A DNA stretch of 36,492 bases from assembly GCF_001194135.2 (NCBI RefSeq), contig NC_068995.1, forward strand, positions 23,677,604-23,714,095. Direction: 5' to 3'. Within the stretch, counting starts at the first letter, position 1. The number at the start of each line of letters is the position of its first letter. Both the position numbers and the translations under genes were made by a program. Source of the DNA: Octopus bimaculoides (taxonomy: Eukaryota). Of the stretch, positions 32,829-36,492 are shown piece after piece. The notes below the pieces were generated by a model that was given only the letters and a program-made list of their open reading frames with translations, was not told the origin of the DNA and did no database searches.

Positions 32829-33355
32829 GTAAGTGATGTTGAAAAGCCAAAAAATGGCGAAACATCGAATTCCATCACCCTTGGATGGGATTGCCAATAA
32901 CAGTCCACCGGTATATACACGAGTCATATACCTGAACTATAAGTGGTTAATTATGAAGTATAATTGGTTAATTATAAGCATGTATGTATATATGCATGTA
33001 TTTGTATTTTGTTGTGTCTAAGGAGAGTCATCATACTAATATAATTAACACACACACACTGGTTCAATTCCACTCATTTCTTAAATATCTGATTTTCTTT
33101 TTTTTTTTTTCTTGTCAAATCACCTTCGTTGCTTTTTTGGAGAGTCTATAGTCTCTGAGAAGTTTGCAAAAGCGCAACGAGAGCTTTGACAATAGCAAAA
33201 ACAATCGCATATTTAATAAATGAGTATAATTGAACGAGTGTGTAAGTTAATTATCTTGATATGATGACTCTCCCTAGACGCAACCAAATTTCTTTCAACA
33301 CACGAATTCAAATGATGAATCTTGCAGACCAGATACAAAAACCATGTATGTGTAC

Positions 33356-33387
<32 letters not shown>

Positions 33388-33701
33388 NNNNNNNNNNNNN
33401 NNNNNNNNNNNNNNNNNNNNNNNNNNNNNNNNNNNNNNNNNNNNNNNNNNNNNNNNNNNNNNNNNNNNNNNNNNNNNNNNNNNNNNNNNNNNNNNNNNNN
33501 NNNNNNNNNNNNNNNNNNNNNNNNNNNNNNNNNNNNNNNNNNNNNNNNNNNNNNNNNNNNNNNNNNNNNNNNNNNNNNNNNNNNNNNNNNNNNNNNNNNN
33601 NNNNNNNNNNNNNNNNNNNNNNNNNNNNNNNNNNNNNNNNNNNNNNNNNNNNNNNNNNNNNNNNNNNNNNNNNNNNNNNNNNNNNNNNNNNNNNNNNNNN
33701 N

Positions 33702-33738
33702 TATATATACATATATATATATATATATATAGATAGAG

Positions 33739-33778
<40 letters not shown>
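33702..33778. repeat. (TA)n/(TAGA)n microsatellite
   Basis: Seen directly. Confidence 0.95.
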
Positions 33779-36214
33779 GCGTTAACATGTACCTCCTTTG
33801 AGACATTAACTTTGAGTGGATTTTGTAGACGGTAACTCAATACAAATTTTACATCTTTTGCTACTTTCTATGGATGCTTACTGATATAAGGATTTATCAT
33901 GACTTCCTTTTTGTGCAATATAAGCAAAGCACAACCATATAAACTTAGTAGTACATATATTCATATATACATACATATAATTCTTAAAGAGGACAACAAA
34001 CGTTAAGGCATATACATTATTATTATTGAACAAAAATTCAAAGTCTTACTGTTGTTTCTGAGATATACCAGAATATGGGATATTCCGTCATTGGAATTTA
34101 GTTCACAGGTGATCTAAACAAATAGGGACACTCATCTATACCCTTCCCATTTTCCCTCCTTTCCTCCTTTGGTGGAATATCCCATACTCTGGGATGTCCA
34201 AGAAACAGCTGTAAGATTTTGAATTATTTCCAATAATAATAATAATGTATATGACTTTGTGATGTTCACCTTGCCTTAACGCTTGTCGTCCTTTTTAACA
34301 ATTATATGTCCGCTATGTCGGAAATATGCAGTGGCTCCGTACTACCATCGCGGTTATAACATTGAAGCCCTAGTAATCCGCTACAGCATATACGTAGCGT
34401 GCCTAATCGTTTATATCACCTGTGAACTAAACTCCCATATTTTGTGTATATATGTATGAATGTATGCATGTATGTATGTATGCATGTATGTATGTATGCA
34501 TGTATGTATGTATGTATATACGCGTACGAATATTGATATGTGGATATACGTAAATAATATTGTCTGTTTTGGTCACTTTAAGTAAATATGTTATTTATGA
34601 AATTACTATTTTGATATAAGTATTTTCTGCAGTAACTTTCTATGATTGTATATGTACGCTTGTTAATATTCATGAAGTGTATGTATGTTTTCTTTCAACA
34701 ATCCGAATTATTTAAGCAACAGATGTGTTCTGGTACTTTTTGAATAAGATCTGTGTAAGTCCCTTGGTTAATGGAAATATTGTCAGACCGAACAGTTGGC
34801 CTGCTAATAACGGCCATTGGACCGGGAACAATGACCAGGAAAATATTTTTACCTCCAGACAATAAGGCTGTCCTTTTCCTTGATTCCTTGATGGCAATCC
34901 CGAGATTATCATCTCTTCTGAAGTGGAGCTGGTCTTAATTGTCATTTGATACGTATGATACATCTTCCAGAGGTAGGGATAAGTGGAATAAAGGTTTTAA
35001 TTTTGTATGGTATATGATACACCTATTTTTCCCATAATCTAGACAGACTGTGGGAGAAGAAAGAAAGAGAGAAAAGGCATTCAGAGGGATTCATAGACGT
35101 CCAACATGTACTGACTATATTTCTTTCCATTCCCGAGTCATTCCATAATATATCTCTCCAGGGAAAAGTTTTGGCGGAATTGAAGAGTATTAGACGACTT
35201 GTTTTTCAGAATGATTTTCGAATCTGTGCATCCTAAATTAAAACAAGCACAAACTTTTAATACAATAAAGACAGCTCAAGTACTTAACCTGACGGAATTC
35301 TTTAGTATCAGATGATTTGTCTTGCAGAAAGTGTTTCACGTCTGTTCATCCTTAATTAAAATACCACTCTCTAGTGCGTCCTTAATTAAAATACCACTTT
35401 CTTGTGATAAATTTTTTGAACACGAGCTCAGCACTTATCCTAACAACTCTAAATCCCAACGCACCCAGTAGAGTATTATATTGACATTTAGAAGGAAAAC
35501 ACTACTTTCTTACGTCCATCAGGTAGAGTGATGATGTGTCTATGCGTCTATCCATTCATAGCTGCATATATCTGTGTGTATATGTGCCTGTCCGTGTATG
35601 TAAATATATATGAAATGATAAAGGTGGCTACATGCAATATATAACCAAAAAGGAACGATTCACTTGTCACTCATAGTGTCAGAGGGAAAACGGTAGCAAC
35701 TACATTGCTAGAAACAAGCATTAAAGAGCCGTATAGCCTCAAACATAGTGCAAGTCTATGTACTGACATAGGGGCATTGACAAAATCCCACCCCCTCCGG
35801 CGTGCAAAGGTGCTCAATTGGCAAGCCAAGTTCTCCATCGCTGATAGTGAATCCAAATACTACCTTTCAGTCAACAAACTTTACCTTAATAATCGATGCT
35901 TAAGTCAGCAAAAAAAGTTAAAATTATAAAATAACGGTGGTTAGAAGCAATATAAAACCAAAACGGAATAATTCAATTGACATTAATTGTCAGTGTGGGG
36001 TGGTTAAGTCCCCTGTCAGTACCTAAACTTGTGCTCTGTTTGTGGCTATAATGGTCTTTGACTCGAGTTTCTAGCTGTGACAGTTGAAGTACTAATCTAT
36101 ATGTATGTATGTATTACAACCGGAATGAAATTGAAAGAAAATGCAAAGAAAAGGACTTTATTAAGAAATTCAAACCCACTCTTAACAAACAATGATTAAA
36201 TCCATCTTACTTGG

Positions 36215-36430
36215 GGTTTAAAAATCTTATCCCTGTAACCAAAACACAAAAAATCTCTCAGATATCATCATTTCTATAAATAGATTTGGCATCATTTCTA
36301 AGAACAGCCAAACACCTACTGCGGTTTAAAAATCTTATCCCTACAACCCACACAAAACAATAAATTAAAATATCATCATGTCTAAAAATAGATTTAACAT
36401 CAATTCTAAAAATAGCCAGACACCTACTGC
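36215..36430. repeat. 108-bp tandem duplication, two diverged units
   Basis: Units 36215-36322 and 36323-36430 both start ggtttaaaaatcttatccct and end cacctactgc, sharing atatcatcat.tcta.aaatagattt..catca.ttcta. Confidence 0.9.
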
Positions 36431-36492
36431 TGCCATCCAAAGGAATTGGTATAAAAGACAGAAAACCAGCCAACTTATTAGAGTCTGTTAAA

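Noticed and set aside
34700-34945. Overlapping open frames on both strands, plus a possible 32-38 nt plus-strand exon ending TGT|gtaagt at 34754
   Set aside because: No recognisable domain, ambiguous acceptor, and within chance expectation for this window size.
35349-35398. 20-bp direct repeat with a 30-bp period (tccttaattaaaataccact)
   Set aside because: Only two copies; an ordinary local slippage duplication, not a CRISPR-like or TSD-bounded structure.
35645-35929. About 95-codon open frame (includes ORF 35705-35929)
   Set aside because: No ATG, splice context or motif I can recognise.

Overview
AT-rich, microsatellite-dense eukaryotic draft-assembly DNA with five N gaps (9896-10259, 14995-15695, 18878-19838, 23006-23148, 33388-33701). 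The SINE families and simple-repeat load resemble a coleoid cephalopod, probably Octopus (inference from recognised sequence style; no database search was run). No complete protein-coding gene can be supported, and almost every ORF in the supplied track is a microsatellite, gap or antisense artefact. The window is mostly decayed transposons: an ancient RT + RNase H (I-group-like) LINE interrupted by a SINE, an internally deleted mariner and a Tigger-like MITE; four R4/Dong-type (REL endonuclease) LINE remnants, one a young copy inside (TAA)n; a Neptune-type Penelope-like element; a Helitron Rep/helicase remnant; a MULE with tandem-repeat termini; and several tRNA-derived SINEs. The best lead is a short non-coding element at 22388-22910. 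It joins a tRNA-like Pol III head (A and B boxes), a (TAA/CAA)n spacer and a minimal Penelope-type hammerhead ribozyme motif, and sits head-to-head with a deleted second copy, like a SINE/retrozyme hybrid that may use Penelope RT. A second, degenerate hammerhead-like motif lies antisense beside the Neptune RT. Other leads: a 93-nt near-perfect hairpin, a MITE with 16-bp perfect TIRs, and a few unassigned candidate exons.
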